The position numbers and the translations under genes were made by a program. Source: Octopus bimaculoides (lineage: Eukaryota). From it: DNA of 37,067 nucleotides. The stretch lies in assembly GCF_001194135.2 (NCBI RefSeq), contig NC_068985.1, forward strand, positions 64,870,258 through 64,907,324. The letters run 5' to 3'. Below are positions 23,506 through 34,256 of this stretch, piece after piece; the first letter of the stretch is position 1; each line of letters begins with the position of its first letter. Below the pieces are notes generated by a model. It ran no database searches. It saw only the letters and a program-made list of their open reading frames with translations, and was not told the origin of the DNA.

Positions 23506-24030
23506 TATTGATAAATTTCTGTTTATTAGTCAGTTATGTTCAACAGATACTTTCTGTACTAAATTGAAATTTATTTTTTAAAGAAGCATCATATCTATAT
23601 TTTTCTAATTATTCATTATCTCATATTTCATGCTCAGCCTTAATCTATTCGTAAAAATTATTGACTATCTTTATGTATTTTATAAATTAATTTCAATTTG
23701 GTTTTTATCAATAACTAATTACATATAACTAATAAGTATAAGTGACAATGAAATGCCTCATTGTTGATTGCAATATTCTTATTTAAATCCTCCAACAGCC
23801 AAGTGCATTCAAACAAAGCACATTGCTTTATTTGTTTCTATCCATTTAAGGAAAAAAATAGACATAAATCAGGATTTATATATTTTTGCTTTATTTAATT
23901 CATAGATATCAAACAAATACTACAGTAGAGATGGAAACAATACTAACGATATTGAGTGTACAAAAGCAAGGATTGTTTTCATGAGTACATTTCATTAGTA
24001 TTGTATTTAAATTTACCTTTCACCTTATAG

Positions 24031-24182
24031 AAACAATACCAAAGTTTCAAGTGCCTATCATGCAAATGAAACAAAGAAAGCCACTATCCAGCTATTGAGA
24101 ACAATTATAGTTCTTACACAGACTTTAAAACCCCTCCCAGATGAAGCATTAATGACAATAAAGTTATTTTATTATGATGAAG
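24031..24182 (+). CDS. HORMAD1: HORMAD1-like internal exon, 152 nt
   Basis: Acceptor caccttatag and donor gtatgt. It encodes NNTKVSSAYHANETKKATIQLLRTIIVLTQTLKPLPDEALMTIKLFYYDE, similar to HORMAD1 TKKASILLIRK...LGPLPNDVCLTMKLFYYDE. Confidence 0.95.
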
Positions 24183-24276
24183 GTATGTTGTTATCAGTTT
24201 TTAAAGATTTTTCTGACATTTTTGATTCTTAAAACTACTGCCAGTTTCTTTTATCAATCACATGGTTTCCTTCCAG

Positions 24277-24377
24277 TTACTCCAGCTGATTATGAACCTC
24301 CAGGGTTTAAAGCAACAGATTTGAATAGTTTTCACTTTCAAGAACCTATGAATATTAAAATGGGAAATGTGTCCACA
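24277..24377 (+). CDS. HORMAD1: HORMAD1-like internal exon, 101 nt
   Basis: Acceptor tttccttccag and donor gtgagt, after a 94-nt phase-1 intron. It encodes (V)TPADYEPPGFKATDLNSFHFQEPMNIKMGNVST, similar to VTPPDYQPPGFK...EPMYLNVGEVST. Confidence 0.95.
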
Positions 24378-24678
24378 GTGAGTTAACATTCAATATAATT
24401 GAATTATAGAAACATTATTCAAATTAGAATAAATTCATAGTGTTTTCATGCATAGAATTTTGTCTTACATTTTACATTATTCTTTTGCTTATTTGTATTA
24501 TCTTTTGGTAACAATATCTGTTAACTTGCATATTACAAAGTTTTGTACATGTTGCAAAAGCAAAGAAAATGCACAGGCTGGTTTTTACTACAGTAAGTAG
24601 TCAAATATAAACTAATTAGTAATTGAAGTTAGTATTAGTGAATACTCTTAGTAATTAGTATTTTTTATTTTTTTCCAG

Positions 24679-24689
24679 CCATTTCATTT
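24679..24689 (+). CDS. HORMAD1: HORMAD1-like 11-nt microexon (PFH plus 2 nt)
   Basis: tttttttccag|CCATTTCATTT|gtaagt supplies the conserved PFH of VSTPFH, in phase with the preceding exon. Confidence 0.8.
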
Positions 24690-24973
24690 GTAAGTATAAA
24701 ATGTTAATTTATATTTAAATTCTTTAAAGTTTCTACTGATTTTAATTGGAATTAATTTCAAAGTTGTTCCTGTCTTGGAATTTCTTTCTTTGAGATTATT
24801 TTAATTTTACAGTTATATCTGAGCATGTATAATTGAGTACCATTCAGTGTATTTTCATCTGGAACCTTACCAACATTCTATTGGTTGTCTCTCATGTAAT
24901 ATGATCTGTTACCTTTATATAAGTGGCATTTACATATATCTGAATATCTGTCTAACCTCTTTAGTGGCTATAC

Positions 24974-24975
<2 letters not shown>

Positions 24976-25064
<89 letters not shown>

Positions 25065-25072
25065 GTTGTTGT
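24976..25072. repeat. Long (GT)n followed by short (GTT)n
   Basis: Visible directly in the sequence. Confidence 0.97.
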
Positions 25073-25382
25073 TGTATCTTGAGACAACAAGATACAACAA
25101 TATGTTTGGTGTGTCCACTATAGTTGCTGCGTTTTAAAAAGTATGGTCTTCAAAGGATTGAAACTGAAAAAGATGGTCATCATTGAAATTGATGGAAAAC
25201 CTTGTGTGTGTGTGTATACATACATATGTTTTATGTTAGTATGTAGAATAGAACAGTATGATTTTTTTCATATGCTCCTAAGTTTATATGATAATATATA
25301 GCTTGAAACTTTAATCTATGATATCATGTGGCTTAGGCTGTATTGATAATAATAATTATAATAAAAGTTTTGAATATTAATG

Positions 25383-25765
25383 CTTTTTTATTTGCTTCAG
25401 TCATTTGACTGTGGCCATGCTGGAGCAATGCCTTTAGTTGAACAAATCAACCCCAGGACTTACTCTTTGTAAGCTTAGTATTTATTCTATCATTCTTTTT
25501 TGCTGAATTGCTAAGTTATGGGGATGTAAACACACCAACATCAGTTGTCAAGTGATCATGGTGGGGGACAAACACGGACACACAAACGTATATATATATA
25601 TATATATATATGATAGGCTTCTTTCAGTTTCTGTCTACCAAATCCACTCATAAGTCACTCAAGGTTGTAGTAGAAGACACTTGCCCAAGGTGCCACACAG
25701 TGGCACTGAATCTGGAACCATGTGGCTGGTAAGCAAGCTAGTTACCACACAGCCACTCCTGTGCC
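25383..25765 (-). mobile_element. Intact tRNA-derived SINE (same family as 5688-5725 plus 11810-12165)
   Basis: The reverse complement begins GGCACAGGAGTGGCTGTGTGGTAACTAGCTTGCTTACC..., with a CORE-like GGCACCTTGGGCAAGTGTCTT, an internal (TA)n and the same 3' end. Confidence 0.9.
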
Positions 25766-26499
25766 TATGTTAAAAAATACAGTGTCCATCTTGCAAAAAC
25801 GTTCTGTAGTGATAGGCATAGTCAATTTTACTTTCTTATTGCTGGAAGTGAAAATGGAAGCAAAGTTTTTTTATTCTTTGTCTTAGTTTCTTTTCATGTA
25901 ATGCCATTTGATCTTTCTCTCACGTACAGCATCCTTTCTGGCTGATTTCTCATATATATATTATGTAGCTTAGATTAGTACAAATTCTCTTATGCTTTTA
26001 TGTTGGTATGTAGAATAGAACAGTATGATTTCTTTCTTATGCTCCTAAGTTTATATGATAATATATAGCTTGAAACATTAATCTATGATATGTGGCTTAG
26101 GGTGTATTGATAATAATAATAAAAGTTTTGAATATTAACATACATAGAAAAAGTGTCCATCTTGCAAAAACATTATGCCCACCAACCCTTATTTTTTCAT
26201 TATAAATGTACATGACTGTTGTAGCAACAGTCATTGACACCTCTGGCACATTGGAAGAATGGACTAGCTGAACTCTTATAAAGAGTAGTGGTTGGTAGTA
26301 GTCAGGGAGAGTGATTTGGTAGACTTGCAAAGTACGTTGTGTGAACACATTGATTAAACCTTCGCTTCCTAATTTTTATATATACCAACTACCAGGGGTG
26401 TCAATGACTTTCTCCCAAGCTAATCGTACTCCTGTTCTGTGTATAGAGGTTTCCCCTCTCTGTATCCATATTTTTGAGTGTATGCACCTGTCAGCTTAC

Positions 26500-26880
26500 C
26501 ATATAAATGTACGTATGTATTTATATGAGCCTCATTATGTATATATGTCAGTGTGGATGTATGTGTTTATGGGTGTATATGTACATGCTTATGGATATAT
26601 ATGTATATATTTACATCTATGTGTACCTCTGTGGACTGCATGTTCATATGTGTGTATGTATATATGGGTATATGGGTGTATTTATATCTATGTATACATT
26701 TATGTGGACTGCATGTTCATATATGTGTGTGTGTGGGGTATATGGATATGTGTATATATGTGTGGATGTATAGGTGTTGTGTGTATGTGTATTTGTATGT
26801 ATGAATATATGATTCATACCATGCTGTGTAGTGTTTATATATGTAGACATGTTAATACTGTGTATGTATAAATGGATATA
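26500..26880. repeat. Degenerate TG/TA-rich low-complexity tract
   Basis: Visible directly in the sequence. Confidence 0.85.
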
Positions 26881-26884
26881 TATG

Positions 26885-29800
26885 ACTACTTTCATGCTCT
26901 TCTTATCCCTCTCTTTACTGGGCCTTAATCTGGATGCTGTATGGGAGTGAAGAAATTGTACTTCATTGAATTGAATACATGCTGTACCAAGGTATATATG
27001 TATATAGACATATAAGGCTACTTCATACCCTTCCTACCCCCACGCTCTTTACTGGCCCTAAATCTGGATACTGTATGGGAGGGAGAAAATTATACTTCAC
27101 TGAATCAAATTTACAGTGTACACTACACTACTTAGCAAACATTTACACAGATCTTCTTTTCAGATACAAACAAGAGTCCCACAGTGACTACCTTCCTGTT
27201 GTCCCTCCCAAGTATACAATTTTAGGGCTGCAAACATTAACGTTGGCACAGTAATGGGGAGATCTGTTGAGATTGTCAAAATGATGGAGTGTTGCTATGT
27301 TGATGTGTGTTGTGTACAAAAAATTAGATGGAAAGGGCTTCTGCTAGAGTCCTCACGAGTAAGAAACAAAGATTTAAATTCTGGGTAGGCAGAAGTATGG
27401 AGTGGGTGGTGGGGGCATGCTCTTAGCAGAAAAGGGGATAGATAAGGTAATTGAGGTAGTCAGAGTGTGCGATAGGGTTATTAAGTTGTGACTTATCATA
27501 GATAGATTAATAATTACATTTATCACTGCCTATGCTTCACAGGCTTGGCTGGCTGATGATCAGAAGGACCGATTCTACGAGGTTTTTTTTGCAGACTACC
27601 TCAACGACAAATGACAGTCATTGTGGCTGGCAACTTTAATGGACATGTTGAGCAGCATTCCCATGGATTCCATGGTGTGCATGGTGGTTATGCCTTTGGA
27701 CTAAGGAATGAGGAAGGTACAAGGCTACTTGAGTTCTGTGATATAAATGAACTCATGATCTGCAGCACTAACTTTAGAAAACCAGCCAGTCACCTAATTA
27801 CTTATCAGTCTGGTGGGAATATAAGCCAGGTTGATTACCTTCTCACCAGGCAAAGAGACAGGCTGATGCTCACAAATACGAAATCTTTCTTGGGTGAAGG
27901 GTGTATACCCCAACATAGGCTACTAGTTAGTGACTTCAGAATTAGGCCTAGAGAGACTCAAAAACATAAACCACACTGGAAAAGAAGATTATGGAAGCTT
28001 AAATATCCAGCAAACCAACAAAAATTTAGAGACTTTCTACTGGAAGCTTCTGATGATAGAGAGGAAGAGGAGGGAGAGACATAGCTAAGAGGACAATTGG
28101 AAGTTCCTGCGGGACAATTTACTGGGTGCCGCTGACCAAATCTGTGGTCAGTGCAAAGTCCCAGCCAGGCTGAGAGTGACTTGGTGGTGGAACAAGGAGG
28201 TAGACAGTGCTATAAAAGCAAAGAGACAGGCCTGGAAGAACTGTAAAAACAGTGAAAGCAGAGCATTATATCAGGGAGCCCAAAGGGAATCTAGGCAACA
28301 AATTTACATAACAAAAGGAATAGCAGAAGGTTTGCCAATGTTATACAGCATGAGGATCAGAGGCATGAGGTGTTCAAGATTACAAAGCAGTGTATTAGAG
28401 AGACTAGAGATGTGGTAGGTGAGAAACGAGTGTGAATGGATAGTGGTATGCTTGCACATAGAGAAGAAAGATGTATGAAGATACTATTACAAAAGGTTGT
28501 TAAATGTGGAGAATGATTAAGAGAATGATTAATTGAACCAATTGAGGGACCAGCCATCAGAATTGATAGCAATATAATAGATAAAGCAATTAAGAAGACT
28601 GGGAAAGCCCCTGAACCATTGGCTATCACTGCTGTGATGATTAAAATATCAGGTGGTGTGGTATACAGCATAGTCACTCGCATAGTTAATCAGGTGTAGC
28701 AATATTGTAGTCAGCTGCTACAAGAGTAAAGGTGATGCTTTAGGTAGAAACAACTACAGAGGTATCAAACTACTGGATCAAGTCATGAAAATTACAGGGA
28801 GAGTTATGTCTCAACTAATTAGGGATAGAATTAAACTAGATGGGATGTAGTTTGATTTTGTTCCAAGGAGAAGTACCACAGATGCTATCTTCACAGTGAG
28901 GTAGTTGCAAGAAACGTATTTGACCAAAAGTAAGCCATTGTACTTATCCTTTGTTGACTTGGAGAAAGCTTTTGACAGGGTCCCCTGCTCTCTTATTTGG
29001 TGTTCTCTAAGGATGCTAAGAGTAGAGGAGTAGCTCTAACGAGTTGTTCAAGCCATGTACAGCAATGCTCTCAGTAAGGTGAGAGTTGGCCTTAAATACA
29101 GTGATGAATTTAACATACAAGTTAGAGTATACCAGGAATTGGTTCTTAGTCCACTCTTATTCATCATAGTTCTCCAGCCCATAAGAGATGAATTCAAAAC
29201 TAGATGCTCATGAGAACTACTATATGTTGATGATCATGCTCTTATTGCAGAATCTGAAGCAGAATTGAAGAAGTTCCAGGTTTGGAAGCAAAACCTGGAA
29301 TCAAAGTTAACTTAGTTAAGACTAAAGTTGTTGTTAGTGAGAAAAGAGATAAGACTCTCATTCCAGCTGGTAAATGGCCCTGCTCAATATATAGGAAAGG
29401 TGTGGGACATAATTCCATTTGCTGCACCAAGTGTAAGCTGTGGACACGTAAGTGATGCAGTTGAATCATGGGTATGTTATCAGATAAGGTCACTTTTCTG
29501 TGTGACAGATGCACAGGAACAATAGGTACTAGGAGCACGAGAGACTTAAACTCTCTCAAATGCCCAAGAGGCTCTCTTGAGGTAGCAGATAGTTTCTGCT
29601 ATTTTGGTGACCAAATTAGTAACGGTGGTGGATGCTCTGAAAGTATTGTTTCTAGAATAAGAACAGGATGGAGGAAGTTCAGAGAACTACTACCTCTGTT
29701 GGCAGCAAAAGGACTCACTCGTAGAGTAAAAGGTAGATTGCATGATGCTTGTGTGAGAACAGTTATGTTACATGGTAGTGAGACATGGGCGCTGACTGCA

Positions 29801-31139
29801 GAGGATATGCACAGACTGGAAAGGAATGAAGGTAATATGCTCCATTGGATTTGCAACATCAGAATGCATAACAGACAAAGCACAACTGTGTTGAGAGAAA
29901 AGTTAGGCACAGGAGGGATTAAATGTGGTATGCCGGCGGAGGAGAATGCATTGGTTTGGGCATGTGATGTGTATGAATGAAGACAGCTGTATAAAGAAAT
30001 GCTGGTCACTGAAAGTGGATGGTACCTGTGGAAGAGGGAGATCCAGGAAGACATGGGATGAAGTGATGAGGACCGATCTTAAGATGTTGGGGTTCATGGA
30101 GGAAATGACAATAGACCAAGATATGAGGTTCTAGAGAAGATCCATCCATGAAACTGAGTGCTAGAAAAGTTGTGTCCCTACCACATATAACAACATACTT
30201 TTCACCCACTCTACTCTAAAAAACCGAACTACATCTCTTCTAAACTGCATCCTCACAACTTCATCAACTATGATTGCTTTCCAGTTCCCTTTCTTGCCCT
30301 CACTGCCCTGTTCACTGTATCCCTGCTCCCCCCACCCCACCCTGTTTTCCTATCCAGGCTCTATGCTCAAATCTTTGTTACTTGTGCGTATACCCTAGCA
30401 CTACACCATCTCTCTCCCACCCTCTCTTACACTATTGCTGTTTCCTTCTCTCTCTATTTCTCTTGGCCACTCTCTCCCTCCTCTCGTTTTTCTAGCTAGG
30501 TAACTAAGTATCTCTTTTACATCAGCACACTTGTTTCTGGCCTCTTTCTTATACCTCTCTCTCACTCTCTATCTCTTTTCTCTCTCTCTCTCTCACTCAC
30601 TAGGTAAGTGTACTTCCTCTATAGCAAGAGGAAGTACATGGTTACCTGCCTATTTCTGCTTCCCTATTTCTCTGTCACACTCTAACTTTCCATCATCTGA
30701 TACTGGATCGCCTCTAATGCTCCCTCTGTTGTTGCAGGGCACCTGATTCTGTCTCTTTGTCGCACTCTCACCTTTTATCCTCTGACACAAGTTTCCCTCT
30801 TCAAATGCTCCTGCTTCTCTCATAATTCCTTGTCTTGCAAGTTACTTGGTGACCCTGCCACTGCTGGTGCATCCAGTCCACACTGTAATGTGGTTGGCAT
30901 TTGGAAGGGCATCCAGCTGTAAAAATCATGTCAAAACTAACTTTACCTGTACTAATACCATGTAAAAAGCACTGACTCCACTCTGTGGAGTGGTTGGTGT
31001 TAAGAAGGGCACCCAACTGTAAAATCTCTGCCAAAACTGATGCAGTAGCCTAGGGTAGTTTTTCTATTTGGCCAGCTCATGTCACCCATCCTACCTATGC
31101 ATGCATGGAAGATGGATGTTAAAGAATGATGATGATGAT
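26885..31139 (+). mobile_element. Near full-length decayed RTE LINE, long CT-rich 3' UTR, (GAT)n tail
   Basis: Single-ORF RTE organisation (see coding entry). The 3' end ...GGAAGATGGATGTTAAAGAATGATGATGAT ends at about 31139. The 5' boundary is uncertain. Confidence 0.85.
27221..30140 (+). pseudogene. RTE ORF (APE, RT, PHD-like insert, thumb), disrupted
   Basis: FRAANINVGTVMGRS...VDVCCVQ, VAGNFNGHV, SQVDYLL, QHRLLVSDF, NYRGIKLL, FVDLEKAFDRVP, YQELVLSPLLFIIV, YVDD (29223-29234), DSFCYFGD, MLHGSETW and WFGHV...GRGRSRKTW. Confidence 0.93.
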
Positions 31140-31448
31140 ATTGCATATAATAAAACACATGCCCTGTTGTTCATGCTTGGGAAAGCAGAGTAAAACAACA
31201 GAGTGGGTGTGAGTGACAGTCAGAGGAAGTAAAGCAGGTGAACAGCATTTAAAGGTTTTGCTCTAAAGACTGATATTAAAATAAAACTGCAAATTTTTAT
31301 CATAAATTGCATTTAGTTTATCAGTTTCATACTCACATACACAGATATATAAATATATATATATATATGAAATTAAATATTAAGCACTCTTGTTTTCAAA
31401 ATATTATTGTTCAAATAACATAGCCTATATATAAATGCTATGTGAATG

Positions 31449-31482
<34 letters not shown>

Positions 31483-31485
<3 letters not shown>

Positions 31486-31808
31486 GAAGGTGCATGGCTC
31501 AGCATCGAGCTTACGATCGTGAGATTGTGAGTTTGAATCCCGGACCGGGCTATGTGTTGTGTTCTTGAGCAAGACACTTTATTTCACGTTGCTCCAGTTC
31601 ACTCAGCTGTAGAAATGAATTGCGACATCACAGGTGCTAAGCTGTATCAGCCCTTGCCTTTCCTTTGGATAACATCGATGGCATGGAGAGGGGAGGCTGG
31701 TATGCATGGGCGACTGCTGGTCTTCTATAAACAACCTTGCCTGGACTTGTGCCTGGGAGGGTAACTTTCTAGGTGCAATCCCATGGTCATTCATGACCGA
31801 AGGGAGTT
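31483..31808 (+). mobile_element. tRNA-derived SINE, second family
   Basis: B-box-like GTTTGAATCCC followed by the CORE/V-like TGTTCTTGAGCAAGACACTTTATTTCAC. It follows a (TA)n run. Confidence 0.75.
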
Positions 31809-32342
31809 TGAGCATATATTTCAAAAATGAGTTTAAATGCATATATTATCCTGGTGGTTACTGTCTTTTCTCTCAAATCAGTTTCAGCTGTCTGTATGTA
31901 ATACTTGAGCTAACAATGAGTTGTTAGTCCCTGGTAACTTCTTTCATTGGATCATTCTGTGTGTCTTGTTCAGGACTGCATATGTTCCGTAGAGTAATTA
32001 ATAACATGAGTATTGACAAAGAGTCTGGAGATTTTTCACATAATTTTATTTAACAGTTATTTTTTAGACCTACATGTGTTTCAACTGCAACGACTGCACA
32101 CTATTTGATATCCAATCTAGCTGTTGGTTGGTACAATTTCCTCAGGGTCCTTCACCCTAGACCATTTTAAGTAAACTTAAGGAATCAATAAACTGAACGA
32201 ATAAAGTGTCTGCTTGTTGTTCAGTGGGAGGTAGGGGTGATATTAGTAATCATTGAACTCTTAACATAGGGTTCACCTTTACTATTGTTGTAAGTGAAAC
32301 AAAACATAGTTCTAAAATATGTCATGGTTAGATTGCCAAATT

Positions 32343-32459
32343 AGATTGGAGCCTGGTGTTGCCATCCGGTTTCACCAGTCCTCAGTCAAATCGTCCAACC
32401 CATGCTAGCATGGAAGGCGGACGTTAAACGATGATGATGATGATGATGATGATGATGAT
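32343..32459 (+). mobile_element. 5'-truncated RTE-tail retroposon fragment
   Basis: GTCAAATCGTCCAACCCATGCTAGCATGGAAGGCGGACGTTAAACGATGATGAT is nearly identical to 34199-34255. Confidence 0.85.
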
Positions 32460-33754
32460 ATGTAGATTTATTATTAATTCTAAAAATTTATTGTTGCTCC
32501 TGTTGCAAAGAGTACATAATTATTGTAGGGGTATTGTATTATGTTTGATTTATACTTTTGGTTCTTGGTTTCTCAATTATCATTATTATAATTATTGTCA
32601 TTATATATAGTGTCATGTGATTATTTAAATTGCTTAAATGTATATCTTCTTGTGTAAAGGCATCTCAGTGCTCATTCCTGCCTTGTGTTTATTAGATTAA
32701 AGTTTGAAGTGAAAATTTGGTACATTTCCTCTTACCACCTATTCTATAAGATTTAGCTCACTAATAATATCCCAGCCTATCAAATAGATTTTATTATTAT
32801 AGTGGAGTATATAGATAGTACAATGTGTTTGATGTGGTTGTGTGTATGTTATCACGAGTTCATACAGAGATGAAAGAATAGATACAAGATCAATACATTT
32901 ACTACATAAAAATATATTTAATTCTTCTTTTGATGATAATACATGGATTTCAAATTGTAGAAGCTAGTTGAATGAAGTAATCTTATGCAAGAAAGTTCAG
33001 AGATACGAAATGTAGAACAATAGCGAAGTGGTGGCTTTCAGTCATATCAGCTATGAGGCATAGAGAAATAGACTGACATAGCAACGACATGAATGGCTCT
33101 AAGTCTAATTGGGTTAGCAAGCTGTTTTTATTAATGGAACACTAGACATTCTAGAAACTTCCAAGAGAAGCGCCAAGCTTCTTGAATAATTAAGAATCAT
33201 GTTTCTTGACAATGATGCTTCAAGAAATTCAGAAAAGGGAGGTTGCTCTATGATCTTTCTTGCAAGAGAGATCATTCAACAATCTATCTACTGCTATACT
33301 ATCTTTCAGTGACCAAACAAGTTTACTTAGGCTAGTGTTACGTACTTTGTCCCTATATTTAAAAGAATTTAAATGGTTAGCTTTCCTTTGTTTGACAAAA
33401 CAGAATCTAGAACTAATATAAAAAATATTCCTTATTTCCTGAGGTAACTTTACATCTGTAGACTACGTTTTTAGTCTTACATCTACGTTTTTAGTCTTAC
33501 ATCTAAAATTTAATGTTCAATCACAGGCACTAGTTCTATTTCTATGACTATTTTCTCTCTTGGCTTCACTCTAGGTGATTTGTAAATTATTTTGCCAACT
33601 TTTAGGCTGCATAGTGAATGGTGCTAGGTTGCATACCAAATGGTGCACAGTGATTGCAGTTGAAACGTGTAGGTATGGAAAATTTGCTGTAAATAACTCT
33701 TAAATTAGATTAGGGATGTGAAAAATTTCCAGTTTCATTATGATTATGTATATT

Positions 33755-34255
33755 GGCCCCCATGCCAACGTCTCCTTCATTGGACACTAAACTCAGCTTG
33801 CGAAGACCTGTTGAGGCAAGCGAAATTGAAATCGTGATGGCACCTGTACCAGTGGAGCACTAAGAGCATCGTTCGAGCGTGATCGTTGCCAGAGCAGCTG
33901 TCTGGCTTCTGTAAATAGCACCATTTGAGTGTGATCGTTACCAGCATAGCCTTCCTGGCACATGAAAAGACATTCGAGCGAGATTGTTGCCAGTGCTGCT
34001 GGACTGACTCCTGTGCAGGTGGCACATAAAATACACCATTTTGAGTGTGGCTGTTGCCAGTACCGCCTGACTGGCTTTCGTGCTGGTGGCATGTAAAAGC
34101 ACCCACTACACTCTTGGAGTGGTTGGCGTTAGGAAGGGCATCCAGCTGTAGAAACTCTGCCAAATCAGATTGGGGCCTGGTGTAGCCATCTGTCCTCTGT
34201 CAAATCGTCCAACCCATGCTAGCATGGAAAGGGGATGTTAAACGATGATGATGAT
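33755..34255 (+). mobile_element. RTE-tail retroposon with four diverged ~55-65-bp internal subrepeats
   Basis: Units of the form (CAT)TCGAGCGTGATCGTTGCCAG... recur over about 33872-34105. The shared 3' tail and (GAT)n follow. Confidence 0.8.
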
Positions 34256-34256
34256 A

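Noticed and set aside
2869-26895. His/Thr-, Cys/Val- and Tyr/Ile-rich ORFs (e.g. 2869-3084, 15863-16125, 18272-18815, 24847-25137, 26341-26895)
   Set aside because: They are translations of (CA)/(TG)/(TA)/(TATG) microsatellites.
32696-32760. Possible next HORMAD1 exon (tttattag|A TTA AAG TTT GAA GTG AAA, giving PFHLLKFEVK)
   Set aside because: Similarity is only suggestive, there is no convincing donor, and the frame soon closes.
32950-33320. Minus-strand remnant faintly like a DIRS tyrosine recombinase (RLRAIHVVAMSVYFS)
   Set aside because: Too many stops, and the catalytic residues cannot be identified.
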